Shown piece by piece: positions 53,922-64,000 of a stretch of DNA of 64,000 bases. The first letter of the stretch is position 1. Each line of letters opens with the position of its first letter. Under the pieces are notes generated by a model. It made no database searches, was not told the DNA's origin, and saw only the letters and a program-made list of their open reading frames with translations. A program made the position numbers and the translations under genes. Source of the stretch: Chlamydia trachomatis (GTDB lineage Bacteria; Chlamydiota; Chlamydiia; Chlamydiales; 2-12-FULL-49-11); contig CAMBZN010000002.1 of the NCBI GenBank assembly GCA_945872565.1, positions 71,556 to 135,555 of the forward strand, read 5' to 3'.

Positions 53922-54797
53922 TCATCTATCAATAAACTCAAAAGCGATATCTTGATGAACTGAAGTGACCAAAGAACTATCGAGCGAATAGATGTCCATT
54001 TTCTTTCCTGCTAGGAAAAGCTCATTTAATTCCTTTGTTGTATAGTTTCCAATAATCTTATTCTGCCAGGAGGTATTGACGATGTTCATAGGGATATTAA
54101 TCGTTTTGCTATGTCCATGACAGGCAGCAGTTCCTTTTGCTTTATTATATCTTTGCCAATTACTTTCTAGGGTGTTTGGATCTACATACTCCATATTTGT
54201 AATAGCAGCTTGTATTTGACTCTTTCTGTACATTGTACCATCAAGATTATTTTGATAATGCCAGTCTGATGTTCCTGCATAAAATTGCCAAGTGTAGATA
54301 TCTTCCCCTACTGATGTAAGTTTGGGCACGACAAGGTCTCTTGTGATTGTAAAATTTTGCTTAATAATATTTTTTCCCAATCGGTAATAAAAACCGTATA
54401 TATTAGGATTGTCATTTAAAAGATTCTCTCCCACTCTTAAATCAATTGACTCAAGCACTAACATATCATCCATTAAAAAAACAACATGAGAGGAAGCAGC
54501 AAGCTTTCGATCATACACCGATTTTACAAACAATGGCTTAAAACTACTACGGCACCTGGCTGAATTAGGTTGAAAGAAAAACCTAGCTTTTGGAAAATCT
54601 TTTTGGACAATATCATAGCCTGTTTTATATTCATCATCCGATCTACATATTACAAGCACCTCATCAACTCCACTTACACGCTGATCGATACTTTCTAATA
54701 ATGCATAAAGCTGCATCGGTCGATTAAACGAGCATATCACAAGGTCTGCGCAAAATACTGCTGGTACTAAACTCAGTAGAAATAGAAACTTTTTCAT
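53922..54797 (-). CDS. Secreted GT-A-fold glycosyltransferase-like hypothetical protein
   Basis: I prefer the ATG at 54797 (GAGGAG RBS; 'MKKFLFLLSLVPAVFCA'). 'LVICSFNRPMQLYALLESI' resembles the GT2 N-terminal strand-helix motif. Confidence 0.45.
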   Translation of the reverse strand: MKKFLFLLSLVPAVFCADLVICSFNRPMQLYALLESIDQRVSGVDEVLVICRSDDEYKTGYDIVQKDFPKARFFFQPNSARCRSSFKPLFVKSVYDRKLAASSHVVFLMDDMLVLESIDLRVGENLLNDNPNIYGFYYRLGKNIIKQNFTITRDLVVPKLTSVGEDIYTWQFYAGTSDWHYQNNLDGTMYRKSQIQAAITNMEYVDPNTLESNWQRYNKAKGTAACHGHSKTINIPMNIVNTSWQNKIIGNYTTKELNELFLAGKKMDIYSLDSSLVTSVHQDIAFEFIDR

Positions 54798-55005
54798 TGA
54801 TCTCCTCAAAAATGTTAGCAAACTATAGTTATCCGGAGTAAATTCAGTCAAGTAATTTCATCAATTGAAAGCTTTACTTGTCTTTAATACCATATTGAAT
54901 CTATGCTTAGTGGTAAAGCTACTCTTAGTGATGCAAGGTTAGTTTACCCTTTATTTTTAACAAGATAATCAGTATTAAAAAATTTTACAACGAAAAGTAA
55001 TACAC

Positions 55006-57531
55006 ATGAAAAAAGCTTTAATTATTGTTGAGTCTCCTGCAAAGATAAAAACGCTTCGGAAATTTTTAGGAAGCGAATATTTGTTTGAGTCTTCTATTGG
55101 TCACATAAGAGATCTCCCCCCGAAAAAATTTGGTATTGATCTAGATAACAATTTTGAGCCTGAGTACGAAATTTTAGAAGGGAAGAAAAAAGTTATCACT
55201 GCATTAAAAGCTGCTGCCAAAGCTTGTGAGATGGTTTACCTATCTCCCGATCCAGACCGAGAGGGGGAAGCAATTGCCTGGCATATTGCAGAGATCCTTC
55301 CAAAAGGCACTAAATATCAAAGGATTACATTCAATGAAATCACAAAAGAAGCAGTAAAAAATGCAATAAAAAATCCACGTGAAATTGATATGAATCTTGT
55401 TGATGCCCAACAAGCAAGACGATTTTTAGATCGAATAGTGGGTTATAAGATCTCCCCCATCCTACATCAAAAAATTCGTCGATCCACGCACACCTTATCT
55501 GCTGGTAGAGTTCAGTCAGTTGCGCTAAAAATTGTTGTAGATAGAGAGCGGCAAATCGATGCATTTATTCCCCTTGAGTACTGGAATCTTTCCGCGCACC
55601 TTAAAAAAGGGTCAGAGACATTGATTTCTTCCCTCCACCTGGTAAATGATTTAAAAGTAGAAAAAGAAGAGTCTGATAAAAAGCAGGTTTTTATCATTGA
55701 TAATCAAAGAATTGCTGCAAATGTACACGATGCATTAGAAAAAAGTAAGTATACTATTACAAAAATTGAAAAGAAAGAACGCAAAAGGCAACCTTCCCCC
55801 CCATTTATTACTTCTACCCTCCAACAGGAAGCATCACGTCACCACAGTTTTTCTTCTAAAAAAACAATGATGGTTGCTCAAAACTTGTATGAGGGTATTG
55901 ATATGGGAGAGGGGACAGAAGGTCTTATCACCTATATGAGAACAGATTCTGTTCGCGTGTCTACTGAGGCAACCCTTGGTTGTAGGCCCTATATTTCAAT
56001 TATGTATGGTGATCAGCATGTTCCCGAAACTCCCCCTCAGTACGGGTTAAAAAAAGCTGCTCAAGATGCCCACGAAGCAATTCGTCCTACCAATTTTGAA
56101 AATTCCCCAGAAAAAATCAAAGGTTTTTTAAATCCTGATCAATTTAAACTCTATTCTCTCATTTGGAAGCGATTTTTTGCCTCTCAAATGAAAAATGCCA
56201 TCTACGACACTGTCTCCGTAGACATAGATGCAATTCCTTCCGGGCATAAGGAAAAAACCATAAAAACGATGATGATGAGACTTTCAGGCTCAAACATCAA
56301 ATTCAAAGGGTTTTTAGCAGCTTATGAGGAAAAAACTGACGAAGAAACTGCCGAAAGTGAAATGATCTTGCCACCACTAGAGGTGGGAGAGCACCTGCTG
56401 CTAAAAAAAGCAGAGATGAGCCAGAGCTTTACAAAACCTCCAGCACGATTTACCGAAGCCTCCTTGGTCAAAGAATTAGAGCGCTCAGGAATTGGCCGTC
56501 CCTCTACTTATGCTGCGATTATGAATAAAATCCAATCGCGTGCCTATACAATAAAAGAAAAGGGGACGCTTTTTCCAACCGATTTAGGAAAAATCATTTG
56601 TCAATTGTTAGAAGAAAACTTTCAAGATATAATGAATATTCAATTTACAGCTGAGATGGAACAAACTCTTGATCAAATTGCAGAAAATCACCACGATTGG
56701 AAAAAGTTCCTGCAAAAGTTCTGGGATAAGTTTAAACATGAGGTGGAGGCGGCAAAAAAAGATGCAAAAATTCCAAGAATTCCCACAGATATTGATTGCC
56801 CAAAATGTAAAACCAATAAACTTAATAAGATTTTTGCTAATGACAAGTATTTTTATGGTTGCACAGGTTATCCAGAATGTGATTATAGCGCTCCTATAGA
56901 AGAGGAAAAAGCAATTGATAAGAGCCCCTATGCTGATGATTTTGATTGGGACCAAAAATGCCCTAAATGCAACGGCGAAATGAAAACAAGAACATCCCGT
57001 TTTGGGTTGTTTCTTGGTTGTGCAGCCTACCCCAATTGCAAGACGATTGTAAACATACCGAAAAAAGGGGAAGTGTTTGTAAGTGATTTACCCCCTTGTC
57101 CAGCAAGAGGCTGTAATGGAAATCTCACTCAAAGAAAGTCAAGGTATGGAAAAATGTTTTTCTCCTGTTCGAATTTTCCTGATTGTAACGTTATAGCAAA
57201 TAGCGTAGAAGAAGTGCAGGAAAAATACAAAGATCATGAAAAAACTGCCTATGAGAAAAAAGGCCGGGCAAAAAGCGGAGGAACACGTAGAACTTCCCCT
57301 TTTCTAAAAGTATCAGATGCTCTTAAAGCTCTTGTCGGTGAAAAAGAACTAACACGTGGAGAAATAACAAAAAAACTCTGGGTGTACATCAAAGAACATA
57401 ACCTTCAAGATGAAAAGAACAAGCGCCTGATTGTCCCAGACAAATTAATGGCAGGGTTTTTTGGAAATAGTGAACCTCTTGACATGATGCAGCTAGCTAA
57501 ATGTATTTCAAAAAACATTGTTAAAGAATAG
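55006..57531 (+). CDS. topA: DNA topoisomerase I with C-terminal Zn-ribbon repeats and a terminal SWIB/MDM2 domain
   Basis: TOPRIM 'LIIVESPAKIKT', 'DPDREGEAIAWH', active-site 'ITYMRTDS', CxxC...CxxC ribbons. The last ~80 aa ('LTRGEITKKLWVYIKEHNLQDEKNKRLIVPDKLM') form a SWIB domain. Confidence 0.95.
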   Translation: MKKALIIVESPAKIKTLRKFLGSEYLFESSIGHIRDLPPKKFGIDLDNNFEPEYEILEGKKKVITALKAAAKACEMVYLSPDPDREGEAIAWHIAEILPKGTKYQRITFNEITKEAVKNAIKNPREIDMNLVDAQQARRFLDRIVGYKISPILHQKIRRSTHTLSAGRVQSVALKIVVDRERQIDAFIPLEYWNLSAHLKKGSETLISSLHLVNDLKVEKEESDKKQVFIIDNQRIAANVHDALEKSKYTITKIEKKERKRQPSPPFITSTLQQEASRHHSFSSKKTMMVAQNLYEGIDMGEGTEGLITYMRTDSVRVSTEATLGCRPYISIMYGDQHVPETPPQYGLKKAAQDAHEAIRPTNFENSPEKIKGFLNPDQFKLYSLIWKRFFASQMKNAIYDTVSVDIDAIPSGHKEKTIKTMMMRLSGSNIKFKGFLAAYEEKTDEETAESEMILPPLEVGEHLLLKKAEMSQSFTKPPARFTEASLVKELERSGIGRPSTYAAIMNKIQSRAYTIKEKGTLFPTDLGKIICQLLEENFQDIMNIQFTAEMEQTLDQIAENHHDWKKFLQKFWDKFKHEVEAAKKDAKIPRIPTDIDCPKCKTNKLNKIFANDKYFYGCTGYPECDYSAPIEEEKAIDKSPYADDFDWDQKCPKCNGEMKTRTSRFGLFLGCAAYPNCKTIVNIPKKGEVFVSDLPPCPARGCNGNLTQRKSRYGKMFFSCSNFPDCNVIANSVEEVQEKYKDHEKTAYEKKGRAKSGGTRRTSPFLKVSDALKALVGEKELTRGEITKKLWVYIKEHNLQDEKNKRLIVPDKLMAGFFGNSEPLDMMQLAKCISKNIVKE

Positions 57532-57607
57532 TATGCTCTCAAAATTTGATGGGAAATTTTTCGAAAACTGGTCTATTTTTTTGAGCAAAGCGAATGTCGA
57601 AAGTGGC

Positions 57608-59581
57608 CTAATCTAAAAGTAATATATTCCGGTAAGACTTGATCTCGTCGCGAAGGGTTGCTGCAAGCTCAAATTCATAATTGTTTGCTGCCTTGTTCAT
57701 GGCTTTTTCTAACTCACGAATCTTAGAGGTGATCTTCTTGGAATCAACCATGGTTTTTTCAAAAGTAACGTCTAAAGACTGGTACATTTTACCCATAGCA
57801 GTAGCAGTTGTTGTAGCGGGTGTGATACCATGTTGTTTGTTGTAGGCATCTTGAATGGCACGCCTTTTTTTAGTAGTATCAATACATTTTTGCATAGATT
57901 CAGTAATTTTATCGCCGTATAAGATCACTCGTCCAAAGACATTTCGAGCAGCTCTGCCGCAAGTTTGTACAAGGGCTGTTTCAGAGCGCAAAAAACCCTC
58001 TCTGTCTGCATCTAAAATAGCAACAAGACTCACCTCAGGAATATCTAACCCTTCTCGAAGTAAGTTAATCCCCACAAGCACATCGAATTTTCCTGTGCGT
58101 AAATCTCCGATAATTCTCATTCTCTCAAGAGTTTTAATATCACTATGAAGGTATTTTGCTTTCACACCAATTTCTTGTAGGTAGGTTGTAATTTCCTCCG
58201 ATAGCTTTTTTGTTAGGCAGGTAACAAGAACGCGGCGGTTAACCTTTACCTCTTTTGCAATTTCAGCAATAGCATCATCGAGTTGATTGACTGCAGCCCT
58301 CACTTCAATTTCAGGATCTAATAGCCCTGTAGGACGAATCACTTGCCTAACCACAATGCCATCGGCTTGCATAATCTCCCACTCTGAGGGTGTTGCTGAA
58401 ACATAAATGGTCTGGTGCTTTTTTTCGCAAAATTCATCAAAAGACAATGGCCTGTTATCATAGGCAGATGGGAGCCTAAACCCAAAATCTACAAGAGAAT
58501 TTTTCCTAGATCTATCCCCATGAATCATAGCCCTTACTTGAGGGATACTTTGATGCGACTCATCTACAAAAAGAATATAATCCTCGGGGAAATAATCCAT
58601 CAAGCATGAGGGAGGCTCCCCGGGGCTTCTTTCATCAAAGTGTAAAGAATAGTTTTCCACCCCTTTACAAAAGCCGATTTCTTTAATCATCTCCATATCA
58701 TAGCGTGTTCGTTGCCTAATACGAACCTCTTCGGCAAAAGCGTCTTTCTCTTTGAAGTATTTGATCCGCTCATCCAGTTCTTTGTCTATAGAAAACAAAG
58801 CCCTATCACGTACCTCTTCAGGAGTGACATGATGTGATCCAGGAAAAATGGTTAAATGTTCCACTCTAGATATTACTTTACCTGAAAGGGGGTCGATAAT
58901 ACTGATTCTTTCAACCTCATCACCAAAAAATTCTACTCTGTAGCACGCCCTATCTTCATAGGCAGGAAATATTTCCACAATATCGCCCCGTACACGAAAA
59001 GATCCACGAGGAAAATCCATGTCCGCCCTTTTAAAATGCATCATTACTAATTGTAGGAGCAACCTGTCTCTAAAAATCTCTTCACCTACTTTTAGAGTAA
59101 AGACCATTTTCTCATAGTTTTTCTTTGAACCCAATCCATAAATGCAGGAAACGGACGATACAATAATTACATCGTCTCTTTCGATGAGGGACCGGGTGGC
59201 TGAAAGCCTCATCCTGGCTATCTCCTCATTAATAGCTAAATCCTTTTCAATGTAGGTGTCACTTCTTGCTAAATAGGCCTCAGGTTGATAGTAGTCATAA
59301 TAGGAAACAAAGTACTCCACAGCATTATTTGGGAAAAATTCTTTAAATTCTTCGTACAGCTGAGCAGCAAGAGTTTTATTATGAGCCAAAATAAGGGCAG
59401 GCCGGTTAGTTTCTTGAATGACATTTGCCATAGTAAATGTCTTTCCAGAGCCAGTTACCCCAAGGAGCACTTGAGAATTAATGCCGCTATTTAACCCTGA
59501 AGAAAGTTGCCTTATTGCCTCTATTTGATCACCTTTGGGGGTAAATTTGCTCTCTAACTGAAACTTCCTAATTGGGATCAA
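57608..59581 (-). CDS. uvrB: Excinuclease ABC subunit B
   Basis: 'GVTGSGKTFTMA', 'DESHQSIPQ', 'YVSATP', and a C-terminal UVR domain 'FELAATLRDEI'. Confidence 0.95.
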   Translation of the reverse strand: MIPIRKFQLESKFTPKGDQIEAIRQLSSGLNSGINSQVLLGVTGSGKTFTMANVIQETNRPALILAHNKTLAAQLYEEFKEFFPNNAVEYFVSYYDYYQPEAYLARSDTYIEKDLAINEEIARMRLSATRSLIERDDVIIVSSVSCIYGLGSKKNYEKMVFTLKVGEEIFRDRLLLQLVMMHFKRADMDFPRGSFRVRGDIVEIFPAYEDRACYRVEFFGDEVERISIIDPLSGKVISRVEHLTIFPGSHHVTPEEVRDRALFSIDKELDERIKYFKEKDAFAEEVRIRQRTRYDMEMIKEIGFCKGVENYSLHFDERSPGEPPSCLMDYFPEDYILFVDESHQSIPQVRAMIHGDRSRKNSLVDFGFRLPSAYDNRPLSFDEFCEKKHQTIYVSATPSEWEIMQADGIVVRQVIRPTGLLDPEIEVRAAVNQLDDAIAEIAKEVKVNRRVLVTCLTKKLSEEITTYLQEIGVKAKYLHSDIKTLERMRIIGDLRTGKFDVLVGINLLREGLDIPEVSLVAILDADREGFLRSETALVQTCGRAARNVFGRVILYGDKITESMQKCIDTTKKRRAIQDAYNKQHGITPATTTATAMGKMYQSLDVTFEKTMVDSKKITSKIRELEKAMNKAANNYEFELAATLRDEIKSYRNILLLD

Positions 59582-60792
59582 GAAAGTAATCCCCCTATTC
59601 TTTCAAGACTACTTGTAAAAAAATCCCATCGTATTAGGATGTTTACGACAATTACGCTAATAGCAAAAACTGTAATCAAACCTATTAATCCCTTTCCTAA
59701 AAGACTTCTATAAAATGGATGTCCTTTTAAATTCCATACCATCGCAGCTGGAATAAAGATCAAAATAACCGCAATAAAAGCCCCTCCATATTGAAGAGCT
59801 AGCATAAATCCACCAGGATAAACGTTTACAAATATAAGCGGAGGAATAAATGTAAGCACTACAGCAAGCAATCTCCCCTCCCATCCTTTTTTTATTTTCA
59901 ATCCATCTATTAAAAAATCTGCAAGGCTCAATCCCACCCCTAAAAAGGAAGTTAAAATAGCAAAAAAGGAAAAAAAGTAGACCCCTGCAGAAATGCTAGG
60001 GGATCGAACAATAGAGGCAAGGGCTTGCGTAATAGGAGCCCCCTCCTTCCAAACTTGACTTAAAAGACTAAGTGGCATCGCACCTAAAACAAGAAATTGC
60101 CAGTACACATTGATTAACAAAGCTATAACACTTCCAATTACCACCGAATAGATCATCAATCTTCGATCATAATCCATGTAGGTTCCAAGAGTTGGTATGA
60201 TAATATGGTATCCAAACCCGGTAATAATCACAGGCAAAGCATAGAAGAACACATCTGCTGAATAATGCTGTAAATTCACCCATTCTATATGAGAGGGCAA
60301 GGCCCAGGCCAATACAATATAAGATAAAACAAGACCTACCATCAATACCCTGTTAATCATATCCACTCCAAAGGTTCCAAGATAAATCACCCATGAAAAT
60401 AATATAACCAAAATAAAATTTGAAAATGAATCTGAAAGAGTAATTCCAAGAAAATAGGCACTTGCATCTTGAAATAAGGGGGCACTTGCCGCTAAGTATA
60501 ATGATACTAAGGCATACATTAGGAGCAGGTAAGAAAACCACGAAACTAGCATTCCCCACCTTCCAAGAGTATGTTCTGCCATTGTGATGATATTTACTTT
60601 TTTCCTAATATCACAAGTCACATCAACAAAAAAGATTCCTGTGCATAACATGATCATCCACGTGATGACAAACATAACCATAGATAAAGAAAATCCCATA
60701 AACGCACAGGTTGTTGGTAGCCCCAAAAGGGATGCACCAATTGTTGTTCCGCTCACAAGAAGCGTTCCTCCTATGACTTTACTTTTACTCAT
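59578..60792 (-). CDS. tyrP: Aromatic amino acid (Tyr/Trp) permease, Mtr/TnaB/TyrP family
   Basis: About 11 TM segments. N-terminal 'IGGTLLVSGTTIGASLLGLP' is typical of the family. 4-nt overlap with uvrB. Confidence 0.8.
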   Translation of the reverse strand: MSKSKVIGGTLLVSGTTIGASLLGLPTTCAFMGFSLSMVMFVITWMIMLCTGIFFVDVTCDIRKKVNIITMAEHTLGRWGMLVSWFSYLLLMYALVSLYLAASAPLFQDASAYFLGITLSDSFSNFILVILFSWVIYLGTFGVDMINRVLMVGLVLSYIVLAWALPSHIEWVNLQHYSADVFFYALPVIITGFGYHIIIPTLGTYMDYDRRLMIYSVVIGSVIALLINVYWQFLVLGAMPLSLLSQVWKEGAPITQALASIVRSPSISAGVYFFSFFAILTSFLGVGLSLADFLIDGLKIKKGWEGRLLAVVLTFIPPLIFVNVYPGGFMLALQYGGAFIAVILIFIPAAMVWNLKGHPFYRSLLGKGLIGLITVFAISVIVVNILIRWDFFTSSLERIGGLLS

Positions 60793-60804
60793 CTTAATTT
60801 TTCC

Positions 60805-62949
60805 TTATATAATTGATAGAATGGATAGTATTTCCCAATCACTTTCATGAAAACGAATCTTTTCCCCAATTTTTTTATTTAATAAATCTTTTGCAAGGTT
60901 CGATTGCTCTGAAATAATATTTTTATCAACGTCTGCATCATATGGACCTAAAATCACATACTCTCGCTCCTTTCCATTTTGATCTTTTAAAGAAACTTTA
61001 GTTCCGATAGAGACTTTAGATGTATCGATATCATCTTTTGACAAAACTCTCATCATTTTTAACTGTAAAGATAAAGTTTTTAATTCTCTTTGAAGGGCAG
61101 CACGTCTTTCTTGCGCAAATTTATACTCACTATTTTCTCGTAAATCCCCATGCCCTCTTGCTGTTTCAATATCTTTTGCATTTTCGATCATCTCTTTTGT
61201 AGCAATTTCTTCCAAGCGCGCGGTGATTTTTTTTAAGCCTGCTGCAGTTGTCCAAATGACTTTTTGCTCTTGATCACTTTGCTTTGAGTCCCTTTTTAAC
61301 TCAGGATGAACAACTTCAGCAAGAGAATGCATGATTGTTTGATCATGCGCTGATAAAATTTGACATTTGGTAGCAAGAAGTAAAATTTCTTTTGTCGCTA
61401 CAAGATCCTGCCCTTTAAATATCCTTCGAACGATTTCAAATCGTTTGTCAGCAAGCATTGAGTACATCTTTTTAGTGAGAATTCGATCCTTTAAAGAGAC
61501 CTCTACATAATACATCAGAACAAAAAAACCTTCAAAAAGACGATTTAAAGAACTTTGATCGACAAACAAATTTGTCTTCTTTTTCATCATTTTTTGAAAG
61601 AACCATAAGAAGGTATGGGGTGAAATTTGAGGATGATCAATTACCCCTTCCATTTTTTCAATAAATACCGCCTCTTGCTTCTTGTCGATCATTTCGTCGT
61701 ATAAAAAATCTCTTAATGGATGCTTCTCCTTTGCCACAATCAAATCACTATAGATTTCTATCCAATCTTCTCGTAGAGCTAAAATCTCAGACAAAAGTCT
61801 TCTTTTATAAGATAAGATGTGAATCCCTTCAATTATTCTAAGGATTTTTGGAAGATTTTTAATCGTTTCTTTTAGCTGCACAAGAGATTGCTCTCCTAAA
61901 TCTTCTAACAAGAAAAGAATTTGTAAATGCTCTGCAGTTGTAATGGTTTTGCTCGCCAATAAATTTCCCAATTCTTTTCTTAGATAGGAATTTAGTTCAC
62001 TATCTTTTGCAAAACTTGGAAAATCTCTTAAAAATGAATAGACAATTTCAATCAGACTTTCTACCGATGGTGCGTTTGCCATGGCTTTTTTTAGCCTATC
62101 ATCATGGGTGACTTTTTTAGCATTTAATTTAAAGGGCTTGTCTAATGACTCCGGATAGAGAATTTCTGCATCCTTTTTTAGCTTTCCTCGCACGCTGCTC
62201 CACCATTTTGCCCATTCCGCTTCTGGAATGACTAGATCGGCCATCTCCTCTTTGATTTCAAAAGCAGTCATATCTCCCATATCTTTTAGAAGAAGTTTGA
62301 TAGAATCAATGGGGTTTGCTCTTGTAAATGCTTCAAATTTCTCTGCGTCTCCAAAACGTCTGGCTAAAAAATGATCTTTTGAAATAGGTTTTATGCTATG
62401 GAACGCATTTTTGAAACTCACCTCTTTACAATCTGAAACCAAATCAAATTCAATCGAAACCTCCCTTCTAAGGAGGGAAATATCCATTACCTCTCCCACT
62501 CCCCAACCCCCAGTGTGAAGACAAAAATTTCCTTTTTGTAAGTGAATGAGCAATTCGAAGTTACGAATACACCCTTGAAACCCTTCTCCATCGCGCAGTC
62601 CAAGAATTTTTAAAAGGTCATGAAAGATGTCGATAGAACCATATTTTTCACTTAAATATTTATGAGCAATATCGGCATAGGTGGGTGAGTCTGTTGTTTG
62701 AATATCAAAGATTAATTTAATAACTGTGTCTTTTTCCTCTGAAGGAGCTAAGTTTTCCCAAAGCCCCAGCCCTGCATCTACATACACTCCAAATGATTGA
62801 GCAAAAGGACCCCTTTTGATCTCTTCTAAAATCAAACTCATCTCGCTTGGATCGACCTCATCGCTCAAGCAGTACTCCTGCCATAAATTAACCGTTGAAG
62901 GGAGACTATTGTCTTGAATGTGTCTTTTAAATTGCTTGTAATATTCCAT
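60805..62949 (-). CDS. greA: Long chlamydial-type transcription elongation factor GreA (714 aa)
   Basis: C-terminal ~150 aa carry the GreA core ('ARGHGDLRENSEYKFAQERRAALQREL...'). A large N-terminal extension is present, as in Chlamydia GreA. Confidence 0.85.
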   Translation of the reverse strand: MEYYKQFKRHIQDNSLPSTVNLWQEYCLSDEVDPSEMSLILEEIKRGPFAQSFGVYVDAGLGLWENLAPSEEKDTVIKLIFDIQTTDSPTYADIAHKYLSEKYGSIDIFHDLLKILGLRDGEGFQGCIRNFELLIHLQKGNFCLHTGGWGVGEVMDISLLRREVSIEFDLVSDCKEVSFKNAFHSIKPISKDHFLARRFGDAEKFEAFTRANPIDSIKLLLKDMGDMTAFEIKEEMADLVIPEAEWAKWWSSVRGKLKKDAEILYPESLDKPFKLNAKKVTHDDRLKKAMANAPSVESLIEIVYSFLRDFPSFAKDSELNSYLRKELGNLLASKTITTAEHLQILFLLEDLGEQSLVQLKETIKNLPKILRIIEGIHILSYKRRLLSEILALREDWIEIYSDLIVAKEKHPLRDFLYDEMIDKKQEAVFIEKMEGVIDHPQISPHTFLWFFQKMMKKKTNLFVDQSSLNRLFEGFFVLMYYVEVSLKDRILTKKMYSMLADKRFEIVRRIFKGQDLVATKEILLLATKCQILSAHDQTIMHSLAEVVHPELKRDSKQSDQEQKVIWTTAAGLKKITARLEEIATKEMIENAKDIETARGHGDLRENSEYKFAQERRAALQRELKTLSLQLKMMRVLSKDDIDTSKVSIGTKVSLKDQNGKEREYVILGPYDADVDKNIISEQSNLAKDLLNKKIGEKIRFHESDWEILSILSII

Positions 62950-63053
62950 TAATATTGTAACCTTTTGCTTGAAGAATGTAATTTATATTATCAAAAATAT
63001 ATGATATAAACAGTATACCCAAAAAAAGTATTCTATGCAATTGGAGAATCCCT

Positions 63054-64000
63054 ATGAGTCAAATTTCAGTATCAAAAGGCCTTAATCTGCCCTTTAAAGA
63101 ATCCGCTGATCAAAGCAAAGTTATAGAAAGGTTTTCACAAATCATCGCTATAGACTTATCCCCTTTTACCCGTTTACACCTACGACTTAATAAAAATGTG
63201 GGTGATTGGATCGAAAAGGGGGAAGTCATTGCAAAAGATCTCGATTTTGAAGATAGAGTGTTTTTATCTCACGTATCAGGATCGATCATTGAAGTGATTC
63301 GAGGGGAAAGAAGAAAGATCCTCTCAATTATTGTAAAAAAGGGGGAAACAAAAGAAAAAATCCTTCCAAAAGTTGACATGGGCCTTGGAAAGGAGGCGAT
63401 GATGAAAGAGATTTTTCGAAGGGGAGCAAGTTTTTTTATTCGTAAACGCCCTCTTGAAAGGGTAATAGACGCAAACGATTTTCCTTGTGCAATTTTTATT
63501 AATACAGTGACATCTGCTCCCTATTTACCGCCTTTTTCTCATATCCTAAAAGGCAATGAGGAGATTTTTGCAGCAGCAATTGCTGTATTAGAAAAATTCG
63601 GAAAAATAGATTTATTTTATAATGACCCGGTTTTTTCTAAGCAAAAGGGTTGTTGCTGCCATGAAATGATCGGCCCCCACCCTATTGAAAGTCCTTCCTT
63701 GCATATTTCTGCCCTCCTTCCTAGAGTCTTTGTCACAGATGTAATTTGGGTATTAGATGTTTATGATCTATTATCCATTGGATCAATTATGTCCAAAGGA
63801 TCTGTCTTCGATAAGAAAATTGTAGCCCTTGCTGGCAATGGATTTGAACGGTCAGAAAGAGTATTGATTCGAACTGATTTGGGGGCAAGGGTCGAAGAAA
63901 TTGCCCCTAAAGCTCCTTATATTATTGCAGGAACTCCCCTAACAGGAAAACTCCATGAAAAATATTTGCGATCAAGGGATTACTGTCTTACTAGTTTTAC
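63054..64000 (+). CDS. nqrA: Na+-translocating NADH:quinone oxidoreductase subunit A (3' end outside the window)
   Basis: My own translation from the ATG at 63054 is 'MSQISVSKGLNLPFKES...GSIIEVIRGERRKILSIIV...IGPHP...IIAGTPLTGK', collinear with NqrA ('KKGLDLP', 'GPHP'). The frame stays open to the window end. Confidence 0.85.
   Translation, partial: MSQISVSKGLNLPFKESADQSKVIERFSQIIAIDLSPFTRLHLRLNKNVGDWIEKGEVIAKDLDFEDRVFLSHVSGSIIEVIRGERRKILSIIVKKGETKEKILPKVDMGLGKEAMMKEIFRRGASFFIRKRPLERVIDANDFPCAIFINTVTSAPYLPPFSHILKGNEEIFAAAIAVLEKFGKIDLFYNDPVFSKQKGCCCHEMIGPHPIESPSLHISALLPRVFVTDVIWVLDVYDLLSIGSIMSKGSVFDKKIVALAGNGFERSERVLIRTDLGARVEEIAPKAPYIIAGTPLTGKLHEKYLRSRDYCLTSF

Overview
The window is densely coding (about 50 genes), roughly 40% GC by eye, and looks like a member of the Chlamydiota, probably an 'environmental' chlamydia. 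Three features point there: a topoisomerase I with a C-terminal SWIB domain, a ~714-aa GreA, and sigma-66-type RpoD plus RpoN. As I recall, several gene orders also match Chlamydia: sdhCAB-tatD-tolQR-tolB-pal, uvrD-rpoN and nqrA/greA. Core content is dnaB (3' part), mnmG, lplA-like, sdhCAB, tatD, tol-pal, rsmD, mutY, mreC, aspC, tRNA-Ala(GGC), rpsT, rpoN, uvrD, topA-SWIB, uvrB, tyrP, greA and nqrA (5' part). There is also a reduced type II secretion operon (gspC-position gene, gspD, gspE, gspF, two pseudopilins). The most unusual observations are listed here. (1) Two intact, diverged, tandem rpoD genes that differ at a known -12-recognition residue. (2) An uncharacterised lipoprotein/TPR/giant-TPR/vWA block between tol-pal and the T2SS. 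(3) T2SS pseudopilins lacking the Gly(-1) prepilin-peptidase site. (4) An orphan TpsB-type transporter divergent from an OMP-HExxH-GT-like operon, with a G9 tract in the OMP gene. (5) An unlisted 29-codon bS22-type micro-ORF coupled to mnmG. (6) A TagF-type glycerophosphotransferase domain protein. (7) A low-GC, signal-peptide-bearing methyltransferase beside an ORF-free 333-bp scar. I saw no rRNA, CRISPR array, IS element, integrase or recognisable defence system. All calls rest on reading the translations and DNA by eye, with no searches run.
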